The notes: generated by a model from the sequence alone, not told the origin. 64,000 nucleotides of DNA from Clostridiales bacterium (GCA_029907205.1 JARYMI010000010.1:16097-80096), one strand, 5' to 3'; counted from the first letter of the stretch, positions 53,946-64,000 are shown. Program-made: numbers and translations.

Positions 53946-55160
53946 ATGAACTACGAACTTTTTATCGCTTCCCGCTATCTTAAAGCCAAAAGGAAACAGG
54001 CATTCATCTCGGTCATCACGTTCATATCAATTTTAGGCATCACCATTGGCGTCATGGCATTGGTGATTGCTCTTGCCCTGATCACAGGGTTTCAAGAGGA
54101 CGTGCAGGATAAAATCTTGAGCGCCACCTCACATATCATAGTTTCTGACCTCAGCGGGGAAGGGTTGTCTGATTACCCCGCTCTCGTCTCCAAGCTCAAG
54201 GGTATCGGAGGGATTCAGGTCGTCTCTCCGGTGGCCTATGATATGGTCTTGGTCAGCGGGTCGTTCCGCAGCCGCGGGGCTATGCTCAAGGGGATCGATT
54301 TTGACCTTGAGCGCAGGCACTCTGCCTGGCTTGAGGAGCTGGACTCGGGGGCGCTTCCTTCTTCACAAGCAGAGAGCATTCTCCTCGGCCGAGAGCTGGC
54401 TTTTGCTATCGGTGCCAGCCCGGGCAATGAGGTCACGGTTTTGACGTCTTCCTCGCGGCTCTCCCCTCTGGGGCTTTTCCCGCGGACGAAAAAATTCAGA
54501 GTCAGCGGCACTTTTTCCACCGGGCTTTATGAGTTCGACTCCACGACGGCCCTGGTCCCCCTTTCGTCCGCCCAGGCGTTTTTCCGGATGGGCGACAGGA
54601 TCACCAACCTTCAAATCAGGATCGATGATATTTTTGAGGCTGAAAAGGTCGCCAATCGGATCAAACAGGTCCTGCCTCCTGTGGCCTATGTCACAACCTG
54701 GATGGAGCTCAACAAGTCTCTGTTCTCGGCGCTGAAGCTGGAGAAAACCATCATGTTCCTGACGATCACGTTGATCGTGTTCGTGGCCGCCCTCAACATC
54801 ATCGCCACCCTTATTCTTATGGTCATGGAGAAGACTCGGGACATCGGCATCCTGATGGCCGTTGGCGCGACGCCGAAAAGCATCAGGAAGATTTTTTTTC
54901 TGCAGGGGGTCATGATCGGAGTCATCGGGACTTCGGCCGGCGTGGTCCTCGGGCTTTTTTGCTGCTGGCTGGCCAACACGTTTGAGCTCATCAAGGTGCC
55001 GGTCGATATTTATCAGATTTCCTATGTGCCATTCTATATTAAGCCTATCGATTTACTAATAATTATCGGGGTCAGCCTGGCCATTAGCCTCCTTTCGACG
55101 CTTTTTCCCTCTCATCGGGCCAGCCGAGTTGACCCGGTCGTCGCCTTGAAATATGAATAA
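53946..55160 (+). CDS. lolE: Lipoprotein-releasing ABC permease LolC/E
   Basis: IASRYL, GITIGVMAL, ALKLEK, VAALNII, EKTRDIGIL. Confidence 0.88.
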   Translation: MNYELFIASRYLKAKRKQAFISVITFISILGITIGVMALVIALALITGFQEDVQDKILSATSHIIVSDLSGEGLSDYPALVSKLKGIGGIQVVSPVAYDMVLVSGSFRSRGAMLKGIDFDLERRHSAWLEELDSGALPSSQAESILLGRELAFAIGASPGNEVTVLTSSSRLSPLGLFPRTKKFRVSGTFSTGLYEFDSTTALVPLSSAQAFFRMGDRITNLQIRIDDIFEAEKVANRIKQVLPPVAYVTTWMELNKSLFSALKLEKTIMFLTITLIVFVAALNIIATLILMVMEKTRDIGILMAVGATPKSIRKIFFLQGVMIGVIGTSAGVVLGLFCCWLANTFELIKVPVDIYQISYVPFYIKPIDLLIIIGVSLAISLLSTLFPSHRASRVDPVVALKYE

Positions 55161-55833
55161 CCTTATCGTCGCCCGCAACGTGGGCAAGGTTTATCCCTTG
55201 CCGAAGGAGGGAGTCATCCGCGTGTTGGAGGGCCTGGATTTCGAGCTGGAAAAGGGGGAAATCGTGGCCGTCATGGGCGCCTCGGGCGTGGGCAAGACAA
55301 CCTTACTCAACCTCCTCGGCGGCCTGGACAGGCCCTCGGAAGGCGTGATCCTTCTTGAAGGGGATGACATCCACGCCAGGGGAGAAAAGGAGAAAGCCCG
55401 ACTCAGGAACGAGAACATCGGTTTCGTCTTCCAGTTCTACCACCTCCTTCCCGAATTCACGGCCTTGGAGAATGTCTTCCTCCCGCTGCTCGTCCGAGGC
55501 CTCGACAGGAGAGAGGCTGAAAAGAGAGCGCGAGCCCTCCTCCAGGAAGTCTTCCTCGAAGAGAGAGCCTCTCAACGGCCGGCCCAGCTTTCCGGGGGCG
55601 AGCAGCAGCGGGTGGCCATCGCGCGGGCGCTTGTGAACGAACCGAAGCTCCTCCTGGCCGACGAGCCGACAGGAAACCTGGACTCAAAGACCGGAGAATC
55701 CATCATGAGGCTCATCCAGGAGCTTCACCGGAAGAAGGGCCTCTCCTCGATTATCGTCACGCACAACGAAAAAATCGCCAAGTTCTGTCAGAAGATCTAT
55801 CTCCTGGAAGCCGGCCAGTTGAAACGCCTTTGA
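55153..55833 (+). CDS. lolD: Lipoprotein-releasing ABC ATPase LolD
   Basis: [38 protein letters not shown]. Confidence 0.9.
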   Translation: MNNLIVARNVGKVYPLPKEGVIRVLEGLDFELEKGEIVAVMGASGVGKTTLLNLLGGLDRPSEGVILLEGDDIHARGEKEKARLRNENIGFVFQFYHLLPEFTALENVFLPLLVRGLDRREAEKRARALLQEVFLEERASQRPAQLSGGEQQRVAIARALVNEPKLLLADEPTGNLDSKTGESIMRLIQELHRKKGLSSIIVTHNEKIAKFCQKIYLLEAGQLKRL

Positions 55834-55906
55834 CCCTTCCGCCGTTTTATTATAATGCCCGAGTGTCTTTGAAAAAAAACATCCGATATGGTATAAGGAA
55901 AAAGAA

Positions 55907-58246
55907 ATGAAGAAGTTAGTGAAGGTTCTTTTCTTCATCTGCGTGCCGGTTTTCCTGGCCGCCCAAGAGCAGGTCGAGAAGATCGAAATCATCGGCAACG
56001 AACGGGTCAGCCGGGAGACGATTCTCTACTATCTTCAGTCCCGCGAGGGAGGTTATTTCAGCGATGAGCTGCTGCAGAAGGATTTCCGGATCCTCTGGTC
56101 CACCGGCTTTTTCTCTAACCTCAGGATTGAGAAGGAGGATGGAGCCGCCGGGAAGATCGTCAAGATCATCGTTGAAGAGAACCCCGTTATCAGAACCATC
56201 ACCTACAAAACCGGAAAGAAAGTCAAGGAAGACGACATCGTCAACAAGCTGAAGGAAAAGGACAAATACATTCTCCCATATTCCTATTACAGCGCGGCCA
56301 AAGTCCAAAAGGTCAAGGAAACAATCACGGATCTTCTCTTAGAGAAGGGCCTTTATGCAGCTAAGGTCGAGGTCGAGGCAAGCCGGAAAGGCAAGAATGA
56401 AGTCGAAGTCCTCTTCAAGGTGGATGAAGGTCCCAAAATCAGGGTCGGCGAAGTCGCATTCGCCGGCAGCCCGAAACTTCCCCAGGGAATCCTTCGCGAG
56501 GCGATGAAGTCCAACCAGTCCCACGGAGTCGTCTCCTGGGTTTTAGGCAAGGACGTTTACAAGGAGAATAAGCTCACGGAAGATCTGACCCTCATCAAGC
56601 AGAAGCTTCAGGAATATGGCTACATGGAGGCCACGGTCGGAGAGCCTAAGATCGAGCAAATAACCAGAAAGACAATCTTCTTCAAGAAACAGCCGATGAT
56701 GAAAATTCATATTCCGGTTAACGCTGGTTATTTGTACCTTGTCGGTGATGTGACCATCGAAGGGAGCAAGGCCATCGCCCCTCAGTACCTCAGGAGCCTT
56801 ATCAAATTAAAGAAGGGCGATATTTACAGCACCAAGGTCAGGGAGAAAAGCGTCGAGTCCATCGGTGAGCTTTACCGCAACGGCGGCTACCTCTACGTTC
56901 AGGTTATGCCCGTGGAGAGCCTTGACCCCAAAAACAAAAGAGTCAACGTGGCCTTCAACATCTACGAAGGCGAGGTCGCCTACCTTCACCGGCTGGAATT
57001 CCGAGGAAATACGTACACGAAGGACAAGGTCATCCGGCGGGAGATGCTCTTGCGAGAAGGCGACCGGTTCAGCCTGGCACTCTTCAAGGACAGCATCCTG
57101 AGGATCAAACAACTGGGCCTGGTGGACCTGGAGAAAGAACCGGATGTCAAACCCAACCCTGAGGATCCAACCAAAATCGATGCCTCGATCAACGTCAAGG
57201 AACTGCAGCGGAACAACATCCAGTTCTCGGCCGGATACAGCGGCTACGAGGGGATGTTTGTGGCGTTGAGCTATTCCACGGTCAATTTTCTTGGAGCCGG
57301 AGAAAACCTCGAGATTACGGCCCAGTACGGCAAAAGGATCAAGAATTACGTCTTCGGGTTTTCCGAGCCCTATTTTCTTGACTACCCGATCACCCTCGGG
57401 TTCAACATCTATGACCGGTTTTTCATTCTTCCCTATCTTTATGACCGGAAAGGGCGGGGGGCTGACCTTATCGTCGGTGCCAGGCTCAGAGGATACGTCA
57501 GGGGAAACCTGACCTACAGTTACGAGAACGTCGAGATCAGTCCCTCGTCGTACCAAGACGATGAGTATTTAGGCTATTATTCTCCCTACTCTTATTCGTA
57601 CGGATATCCCTATTACGGCGGCTATGGGTACGGGAAATACGCTGTCAGCGCTCTTATTCCCACGGTTTACCGGTCGACGGTGGACAGCCCTCTCACGCCC
57701 ACGCGGGGCAGGATGGTCCTCGTGTCGATGAAATACGCGGGCGGATTTTTGGGCGGAGAAGTGAATTTTGTCAAGCCTCACGTTGAGCTGACATCTTGGT
57801 TTCCCATCACCCGCAACCAGTCCTTCGGCCTCCATTTCGACTACTCGTTCATCAGGGCCTTCGGCGGCTCCGATATTCCCTTCTGGGAAAGGTTCTACAT
57901 GGGCGGAGAGAGGGATATCCGCGGCTACGATATCTATTCCATCGGCCCGCGCACGGAGCAGGGCTCTCTTATTGGGGGCGAGAAATCCGTCCTTTTCAAC
58001 GCCGAATACGTTTTGCAGGTCGGCGGTCCCCTCTATTTGATTCTTTTCTACGACCGCGGCAATTGCTATATCAAATCCCAGCCGATCAGCTTTCGGAACA
58101 TGTATTCATCGGCCGGGCTGGAGGCCAGGATCTTTGTGCCGGCGCTCCGAGTTCCCTTCCGCCTGATTTTCGCTTATAATAATCGGCGAATTTATGAAGG
58201 AGACTCCAACTTCAATTTTCGATTCGCCATCGGAACGACGTTTTAA
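55907..58246 (+). CDS. bamA: Outer membrane protein assembly factor BamA
   Basis: About 5 POTRA domains, TKDKVIRRE, NFLGAGE, IRGY lid-lock motif, C-terminal IGTTF. Confidence 0.93.
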   Translation: MKKLVKVLFFICVPVFLAAQEQVEKIEIIGNERVSRETILYYLQSREGGYFSDELLQKDFRILWSTGFFSNLRIEKEDGAAGKIVKIIVEENPVIRTITYKTGKKVKEDDIVNKLKEKDKYILPYSYYSAAKVQKVKETITDLLLEKGLYAAKVEVEASRKGKNEVEVLFKVDEGPKIRVGEVAFAGSPKLPQGILREAMKSNQSHGVVSWVLGKDVYKENKLTEDLTLIKQKLQEYGYMEATVGEPKIEQITRKTIFFKKQPMMKIHIPVNAGYLYLVGDVTIEGSKAIAPQYLRSLIKLKKGDIYSTKVREKSVESIGELYRNGGYLYVQVMPVESLDPKNKRVNVAFNIYEGEVAYLHRLEFRGNTYTKDKVIRREMLLREGDRFSLALFKDSILRIKQLGLVDLEKEPDVKPNPEDPTKIDASINVKELQRNNIQFSAGYSGYEGMFVALSYSTVNFLGAGENLEITAQYGKRIKNYVFGFSEPYFLDYPITLGFNIYDRFFILPYLYDRKGRGADLIVGARLRGYVRGNLTYSYENVEISPSSYQDDEYLGYYSPYSYSYGYPYYGGYGYGKYAVSALIPTVYRSTVDSPLTPTRGRMVLVSMKYAGGFLGGEVNFVKPHVELTSWFPITRNQSFGLHFDYSFIRAFGGSDIPFWERFYMGGERDIRGYDIYSIGPRTEQGSLIGGEKSVLFNAEYVLQVGGPLYLILFYDRGNCYIKSQPISFRNMYSSAGLEARIFVPALRVPFRLIFAYNNRRIYEGDSNFNFRFAIGTTF

Positions 58247-58274
58247 ATCCTGAATCCATTAAAGGAGGATTTAG

Positions 58275-58811
58275 ATGAAGAAGAGTAGCCTGAAAACTTT
58301 GGTGTTCCTCTTGATCTTCGTCCCCGCAGTCTCGCTCTGCTTGGCTCAGGAAGGCCAGAAAATCGGCGTCATCAATTCCCAGGAAGTCCTTGAGAAATCG
58401 GCCGAGGGCAAAAAAGTCATCGCCAGGTTGCAGGATAGAGACAAGGCGAACCAGGCCGCCCTGACCAAGATCGATGACGAAATCCGTCAGCTCGAGACAA
58501 AGCTCAACACGCAGAGGCTCACCCTGTCGGAAGAGGCTCTCTACCAGATGAACTCGGACCTGGAAAAAAAGCGCACGGAGAGAAAACGGCTGGCCGAAGA
58601 CTCATTTCGCGACTGGCAGGACCTCCAGCTGAAGTTGTTCAACAGGGTTCAGAACGAACTTCTCCCGATTATCGAACAATTAGGCAAGGAAAAGGGGATG
58701 GACATCATCTTCGACCTGGCCAAGAGCGGTGCCGTTTACTTTAACCCGGCAGTTGACCTTACAGATGAAGTCATCAAGAGGTATGACGCCAGCAAAGCGA
58801 CAGCAAAATAA
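58275..58811 (+). CDS. skp: OmpH/Skp periplasmic chaperone
   Basis: Signal peptide, KIGVIN, coiled coils, DLTDEVIK. Confidence 0.9.
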   Translation: MKKSSLKTLVFLLIFVPAVSLCLAQEGQKIGVINSQEVLEKSAEGKKVIARLQDRDKANQAALTKIDDEIRQLETKLNTQRLTLSEEALYQMNSDLEKKRTERKRLAEDSFRDWQDLQLKLFNRVQNELLPIIEQLGKEKGMDIIFDLAKSGAVYFNPAVDLTDEVIKRYDASKATAK

Positions 58812-58832
58812 GCCAGGGTATCATCAACAGGC

Positions 58833-59285
58833 ATGATGAAAGTCGAGGACATCCTGAATTTCCTTCCGCATCGCTATCCCTTTCTGCTGGTCGACCGGGT
58901 TATCGATATCCAGCCAGGAAAATCCATCGTCGCGGTCAAGAATGTAACCGCGAATGAATCCTTTTTTGAAGGGCATTTTCCCAAGTTCAAGATCATGCCC
59001 GGGGTCTTGATCATCGAAGCCGTCGCCCAGGCAGGCGGCATCCTGCTTTACCATTCGATCTCCGACCCGATGAAAAAACTCGTGGTTCTGAGCAAAATTC
59101 AGAATGCCAGGTTCAGAAAAATCGTCACTCCCGGTGACCAGTTGAGGCTGGAGGCCGAGTTTGTCAAGCTCAGGTCTCGCGTCTGTCACATCAGGGGGAG
59201 GGCGTCCGTGGGTGAAGAGGTTGTTGCCGAGGGAGAGATTGTCGCTTCGATCATCGACCTTGAGGGCATGAATGAGCACAGGTGA
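58833..59285 (+). CDS. fabZ: 3-hydroxyacyl-ACP dehydratase
   Basis: [30 protein letters not shown]. Confidence 0.95.
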   Translation: MMKVEDILNFLPHRYPFLLVDRVIDIQPGKSIVAVKNVTANESFFEGHFPKFKIMPGVLIIEAVAQAGGILLYHSISDPMKKLVVLSKIQNARFRKIVTPGDQLRLEAEFVKLRSRVCHIRGRASVGEEVVAEGEIVASIIDLEGMNEHR

Positions 59286-60099
59286 GGTCTTCGTCCATCC
59301 GACCTCCACCGTTCATCCCCGGGCTCAGCTTGACCACGGAGTCTGGATCGGGCCGAGCTGTTTCGTGGGCGAGAAGGTCACGATTCACAGGAAGACGCGG
59401 CTTGACGGCCACCTTTACATCGATGGACGCACGGAAATAGGCGAGGACTGTCGCTTTTCGCCTTATTCGGTCATCGGGACAGAGCCCCAGGATGTCGGTT
59501 ACCGCGGTGAGGAAACCCTGGTTAAGATCGGCCGCCGGAACGTCTTCCGCGAGTTTATCACCGTCCATCGGGGTACCGAGAAGGGGGGGAGGGAGACAGT
59601 CATCGGCGATGACAACTATTTCATGGCGTACTCGCATATCGCCCATGACTGCCGGGTTGGCAACGGGACTATTTTTATTAACGCGGCCACGCTCGGCGGC
59701 CATGTCAGCGTCGATGATTTCGCCACGATCAGCGCTTTCAGCGCCGTTCACCAGTTCTGCCGCATAGGAAAACACGCCTATGTCGGCGGCTTCACTGTCG
59801 TCACTCAAGACGTCCTGCCTTTCTGCAGGGTGGCGGGGATGAGGCCAGTCCTGATTTACGGCCTGAACGCCATCGGACTGCGCCGGCGGGGATTCAACCG
59901 GGAGCGCCTGGGGGCGTTGAAGGAGATGTTTAAAATACTTTTTTACTCAGACCTCAACACGACTCAGGCCGTTGAGAAAATAACGAAACTCTTTCCTCCC
60001 CATGAAGACAGGGACGAAATCCTCTCTTTTATCCAGTCATCCCAAAGGGGCATCATCAAGAAGGCTTCGCCGCAATGGGAGAACGAATCGGAATTTTAG
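59272..60099 (+). CDS. lpxA: Acyl-ACP:UDP-GlcNAc acyltransferase
   Basis: Hexapeptide repeats, PQD, FREFITVHRGT, SHIAHDC, GHV, VHQF, GLNAIGLRR. Confidence 0.94.
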   Translation: MSTGEVFVHPTSTVHPRAQLDHGVWIGPSCFVGEKVTIHRKTRLDGHLYIDGRTEIGEDCRFSPYSVIGTEPQDVGYRGEETLVKIGRRNVFREFITVHRGTEKGGRETVIGDDNYFMAYSHIAHDCRVGNGTIFINAATLGGHVSVDDFATISAFSAVHQFCRIGKHAYVGGFTVVTQDVLPFCRVAGMRPVLIYGLNAIGLRRRGFNRERLGALKEMFKILFYSDLNTTQAVEKITKLFPPHEDRDEILSFIQSSQRGIIKKASPQWENESEF

Positions 60100-60899
60100 C
60101 CGGTCAGGGAGCGTTTGTTTCCTGGGCCCTGTCCGAATTGAAGGGACAAGGCTTTGCCTGCGTCGTCGCCGGAATCGAGGGAGAAGCAGAGAGCGGCCTT
60201 GAATCTCGAGCGGACGTCTTTGAGTGGGTAAAGCCGGGCGACGCGGCCCAGGTTATTTCCTTTCTGAAGAGCCAGGGCGTCCGGACGGTGATGATGTTAG
60301 GGAAGGTTCGTCCAGGCTTGATTTTCAAGAGGTCAGGGTTCGACGCTGCGGCTGCGGGCCTCTGGGATAAGATTGAAGAAAAATCTCCGGCCGGCATCAT
60401 CAGGGCGGTCATCGAGTTCTTTGAAGAGAAAGGGTTAAGGGTTGTAAGCCCGGAGTTCCTTCTCCAGCCCAGGTTTTGCCATGCCGGTGTTCTTACCGCC
60501 GAACAGCCCGGAGTCGCGCTCGTGGAAGATGTCGATTTCGGGCTCCGGATGGCCAAACGCCTGGCCGACTTGGAGGTCGGGCAGACGGTCATCATCAAGG
60601 AAAAGGCTATCGTGGCCGTGGAAGGCATGGAAGGCACGGATCAAACGATCACAAGAGGCGGAGAGCTGGCCGGTCCAGGATTCGTGGCCGCCAAAGCTGG
60701 GCGGACACGGCAGGACCTGCGAATTGATGTCCCTGCAGTCGGCCTGGCCACGGTCCAGAGCCTTGTCCGGGCAGGCGGCGCAGGGCTCGGGCTTGAGGCT
60801 GGGAACGTGGCCTTTTTCGAGAAAGAAGAAGCAATCGAGCTGGCTAACGCGCACGGCCTCCATATCGTCGTCCGCGAAGTCCAGAGCGGAGGTGGCTGA
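60075..60899 (+). CDS. lpxI: UDP-2,3-diacylglucosamine pyrophosphatase LpxI
   Basis: IGILAGQG, EVGQTV, AVEGMEGTD, QDLRIDVPAVG. Confidence 0.9.
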   Translation: MGERIGILAGQGAFVSWALSELKGQGFACVVAGIEGEAESGLESRADVFEWVKPGDAAQVISFLKSQGVRTVMMLGKVRPGLIFKRSGFDAAAAGLWDKIEEKSPAGIIRAVIEFFEEKGLRVVSPEFLLQPRFCHAGVLTAEQPGVALVEDVDFGLRMAKRLADLEVGQTVIIKEKAIVAVEGMEGTDQTITRGGELAGPGFVAAKAGRTRQDLRIDVPAVGLATVQSLVRAGGAGLGLEAGNVAFFEKEEAIELANAHGLHIVVREVQSGGG

Positions 60900-61813
60900 T
60901 GGACAAAGTCAGAGTCGGCATCATCGGCGTCGGCTATTTGGGCATGCAGCATGCTCGCATTCTCTCCTACTTGGAAGAAGCTGAGCTTAAGGGAGTCGCC
61001 GATATCGACTTCAAGAAAGCCATGGAAATCGGCAACCGTCACGGTGTCGGGTACTTCCAGAATTACGAAGACATGTTGGATGAAATAGACGCGGCCATCG
61101 TTTCAACGCCGACCTCCGAGCACTTTTCTATTTCCATGAACCTCCTTCGCCAGGGCAAGTCGGTCCTCGTGGAAAAGCCGATCACTGAGACCGTCGAACA
61201 GGGAGAGCAGTTGGTCGAGCAGGCCAAAAGAGACGGTCTCGTCCTTCAGGTCGGGCACCTGGAGCGGTTTAACCCGGCGGTCGAAGCCGTGGAAAACATC
61301 ATCAGAGAGCCGAAATTTATCGAGGTCCAGCGTCTGGGATCATTCTCCGCGCGTTCCCTGGACATCGACGTTGTCCTCGACCTGATGATCCACGACCTGG
61401 ACATCATCATGGCCATGATCAAGGATGAGGTCAACACCATTCGCGCTTCCGGCATCCATGTGCTCTCTGAAAAGATCGACATTGCCAACGCCCGGCTGGA
61501 GTTCAAAACGGGCTGCGTGGCCACGCTGACAGCCAGCCGTGTCCATCAGGGCAAGGTCAGGAAGCTCCGCGTCTTTGAGCCGACCGTCTACTACTCAATT
61601 GATTATATTGACCAGGAAGTCAAAGTCTTTCCGCTTAACGGCCGCCAGACCGACGTCAAGACGTTGAGAATCCAGAAAGAAGAGCCCCTCAAGAAAGAAC
61701 TCCGCAACTTCCTGGAATCTGTCCAGACTGGAAAAATATCGAAAGTCAGCGGTGAAGAAGGCTTGCGAGCGCTCCGTCTCGCGTACAGCGTCCTCAAAGA
61801 GGCCGAGGCCTAA
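60899..61813 (+). CDS. Gfo/Idh/MocA oxidoreductase (GnnA-like by context)
   Basis: GVGYLG, VEKP, VGHLERFNP, DVVLDLMIHDLD, TASRV; translationally coupled to lpxI. Confidence 0.85.
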   Translation: MDKVRVGIIGVGYLGMQHARILSYLEEAELKGVADIDFKKAMEIGNRHGVGYFQNYEDMLDEIDAAIVSTPTSEHFSISMNLLRQGKSVLVEKPITETVEQGEQLVEQAKRDGLVLQVGHLERFNPAVEAVENIIREPKFIEVQRLGSFSARSLDIDVVLDLMIHDLDIIMAMIKDEVNTIRASGIHVLSEKIDIANARLEFKTGCVATLTASRVHQGKVRKLRVFEPTVYYSIDYIDQEVKVFPLNGRQTDVKTLRIQKEEPLKKELRNFLESVQTGKISKVSGEEGLRALRLAYSVLKEAEA

Positions 61814-61829
61814 TTCACCAATTTTTTCC

Positions 61830-62561
61830 CTATTTGCTCATTTTAAAGAAGGAATCCTCGAGGTTTGAGTTGAACGTGACCTTGGCCAGAGTCATCCTCA
61901 TGTACTCCTGGCCGTCCTGTTGGGTCGAAAAGGAATGGGCAATGACCGCTCCGTCGACCCTCCGATAATCAGAAAAGACAGTTTCGGCCATGACCTCAAC
62001 CCCTGCCTGGCCAAGAGAAGTGCCTTTCGTCTTGTAGGGCAGGTGCGTGTCCGGGTCGAGGTAAAAAGTTGTCTTATGGCCATCGGACATGGTCTGTTCG
62101 AGAACGAGATAATCCTTCTCTTCGATTTTTTCCTTGCCCTTGAATTCGTAAGTGATGCCGTATTTTTCTGGATGGAGAAGGGCGTCGTTTCCAAGGGCCT
62201 GGCGCTTGATCTCCCGGGCAAAATTCTCCGGCATCTGCTCGGTTGCGCCGGTTTGAGGGTTTGTCATCCAGGCAACTTCGCCGTCGAAGCCCTGGGTGAT
62301 GACCATTCCCATCACTTCGATGTCGATCCGCATCATGTTGGGCTCTTTCTGATACATGGTCACAAAGCCAGTGATCCCCATCTGGACGATTTCGACGGTT
62401 CCCGTGATCGTCGTGTCCTTGATCGCTTCGAGTGTTTTCGCGCCTCCCTGGGCCTCGATCATCTTGGCCAGGACCTCCTTGGTTGTCTGGCACACCGCCG
62501 GGGAAGAGATGAGAGCTAACAGGAATAGGACAGACAGGACGAGAGAAACAGTTCTTTTCAT
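61830..62561 (-). CDS. Exported LolA-like/lipoprotein-sorting fold protein
   Basis: Signal peptide, MIEAQGG, GFDGEVAW, FYLDPDTHLP, FSDYRRVDG, NSNLEDSFF. Confidence 0.7.
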   Translation of the reverse strand: MKRTVSLVLSVLFLLALISSPAVCQTTKEVLAKMIEAQGGAKTLEAIKDTTITGTVEIVQMGITGFVTMYQKEPNMMRIDIEVMGMVITQGFDGEVAWMTNPQTGATEQMPENFAREIKRQALGNDALLHPEKYGITYEFKGKEKIEEKDYLVLEQTMSDGHKTTFYLDPDTHLPYKTKGTSLGQAGVEVMAETVFSDYRRVDGAVIAHSFSTQQDGQEYMRMTLAKVTFNSNLEDSFFKMSK

Positions 62562-62736
62562 CGTTTCCTCCTCTTAAGTCTTTTGTTTTCGATATTTCAA
62601 TTTATTCGAAGACTCGCTTTTCTTTACGATTACTCCGGGAGAAAGTTTTCTCTCCGATTCTAAAGAAAAGCGATTCCTTTTGCAATAAAATCCTGCGCCT
62701 ATGGAAGCTTCTCTCGTGATGTTATCTTTGTGATGT

Positions 62737-62853
62737 GTGCAGGAGGCTGCCCAAAAGCCCCCGTAGCGGAGGGGGGACCCGTCGGCTTCTCCGACGGGGG
62801 GAACCGACGGGACTGGTTCCCCGGGCCCGGGGGCCGAGGGCAGCTCCCTGCAC
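62737..62853. repeat. 117-bp GC-rich multi-hairpin element (MITE-like or ncRNA)
   Basis: Outer arms gtgcaggaggctgccc / gggcagctccctgcac; inner hairpins cccgtcgg-cttct-ccgacggg and gggaacc..ggttccc. Confidence 0.55.
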
Positions 62854-62893
62854 CCCTCATAAAAATCGCATGTTTTGATTTTCTTCCGTGCTT

Positions 62894-64000
62894 TTATTCA
62901 GAGGTCTTGAGGCGGCCTGGCCGGCTCCGGCTGAACTGAAACCGGACCCTGTCCTGGATTTCCTCGTCGATGCGGCCGACCTCGAAGGCGGCCTGGCTTA
63001 AGTACTTGACGTGAGCCCGAAGGTAGGTAAGGCCCTGCTGACAGAGGAAATCGAGCCAGGCGCCCTGCGCGGTCTCGTCCATAAGCTCGGGCGTCTGCTC
63101 AACGTACGTGATCCGGGTGCGCTCGCTGAGTTTATTTTCCTGCGAGCTTCGCCTGGCTGCGTAAAGGTTAACCCCGTCATGGAGCTCGAGCTCGTTGAGG
63201 TGCGGCTGCCAACGGGTTGCCCAGCGGTCATAGCGGCTATAAAATTTCTTGTTTGACTCCCTTATTTTTTCGTCTTTTCCCATTTCGGCGATGATGAACC
63301 GGCGCAGGTCGTCGCCGGCTTCTTTGTATTTATCATAAAGGGGAAGCCGGGGAGCCCGGTAATAGGCGAACCAGCCGCGCGGGATCCAGTAGTCGCGGAA
63401 GAGATAGGGCGAATAATTGGAGAAAGCCTGAACCCATTCATGGGATGGATAGCCATGGAGGTTGAGGTGGATATCTGGAAGCCAGCGTTCGTTGAGGTTT
63501 TTCCGCACGGCCGCTTCGGGCAATAAAGGCCGGGCCAAGCCCACTTGGGTGCCGATATCGACTCCGAGCGCGCTGTACCGGCCAGCATGGAGGCTGTGGA
63601 AGGGCGTCAACTTCTGCAGCTCAAAAGCCAAAGCTGCCCCGTCCGGGTTTTCCATCGGCTCAAGGACAAAATTCATTTTTTTCACGAAGTCCTGGTAGGC
63701 GTCGTCTGAGGCCAGGAGTTCAGCGAATTTCAAAATGTAGGTCGTCGCAGAGACCTCGTTGGCATGCTGGCGGCCGGAAAGAAAGAGCGTCGGTTTGACG
63801 GTGATCAAGCGAGGGAGAGAGACGTACTTGCTTTGAGGCGTGAACAGTTCGAGCACCGGAACTTTGCGGTTTTCGTAGGAAAAGCCGCCGATGTAAGCGT
63901 GGACCGTCGGCATCCGGCCAAGGCGCCGGACGAAGTTGACACATGTCTCCGGCGAGATAATTTCGTCGGTCCTGACTCTTACCTCTCCGTGTTCTTCGGG
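62894..64000 (-). CDS. M14 zinc carboxypeptidase family protein, C-terminal part (5' end beyond the window)
   Basis: GRQHANE (HxxE), ENPDG, NLHGYP; the frame stays open from 63913 to the window edge. Confidence 0.85.
   Translation of the reverse strand, partial: PEEHGEVRVRTDEIISPETCVNFVRRLGRMPTVHAYIGGFSYENRKVPVLELFTPQSKYVSLPRLITVKPTLFLSGRQHANEVSATTYILKFAELLASDDAYQDFVKKMNFVLEPMENPDGAALAFELQKLTPFHSLHAGRYSALGVDIGTQVGLARPLLPEAAVRKNLNERWLPDIHLNLHGYPSHEWVQAFSNYSPYLFRDYWIPRGWFAYYRAPRLPLYDKYKEAGDDLRRFIIAEMGKDEKIRESNKKFYSRYDRWATRWQPHLNELELHDGVNLYAARRSSQENKLSERTRITYVEQTPELMDETAQGAWLDFLCQQGLTYLRAHVKYLSQAAFEVGRIDEEIQDRVRFQFSRSRPGRLKTSE

Overview
A 64-kb window of a GC-rich diderm anaerobe chromosome. 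Gene content and protein style suggest Acidobacteriota, possibly Aminicenantia; this is inference, not a database result. About 55 CDS and 2 tRNAs (Arg-CCG, Lys-CTT) are present. Housekeeping genes include rpoZ, efp, fabH, rnhC, rluB-like, lonC-like, ribH-nusB-lysS and lolCE-lolD-bamA-skp-fabZ-lpxA-lpxI. The most striking locus is a co-oriented redox operon at 31.4-41 kb. It encodes a degenerate alanine-dehydrogenase-like protein, a HydCBA/NuoEFG-like (Bfu-type) module whose large subunit has no H-cluster or Mo active-site ligand, a divergent NfnA with NfnB, and a CoA-transferase. At 1-5 kb an exported three-gene operon encodes a transglutaminase-fold lipoprotein with Ser in place of the catalytic Cys and a PPC/prenyltransferase-repeat protein. 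A low-GC islet carries an AbiE toxin-antitoxin pair and an internally deleted helicase beside tRNA-Lys. Other points are an internally deleted tatD, an unusual EF-P tip (PGRW), an unannotated 39-aa membrane protein, at least two families of short interspersed palindromic/MITE-like repeats (two copies bracket lonC in inverted orientation), and several candidate structured RNAs. All calls come from reading motifs by eye; no searches were run.
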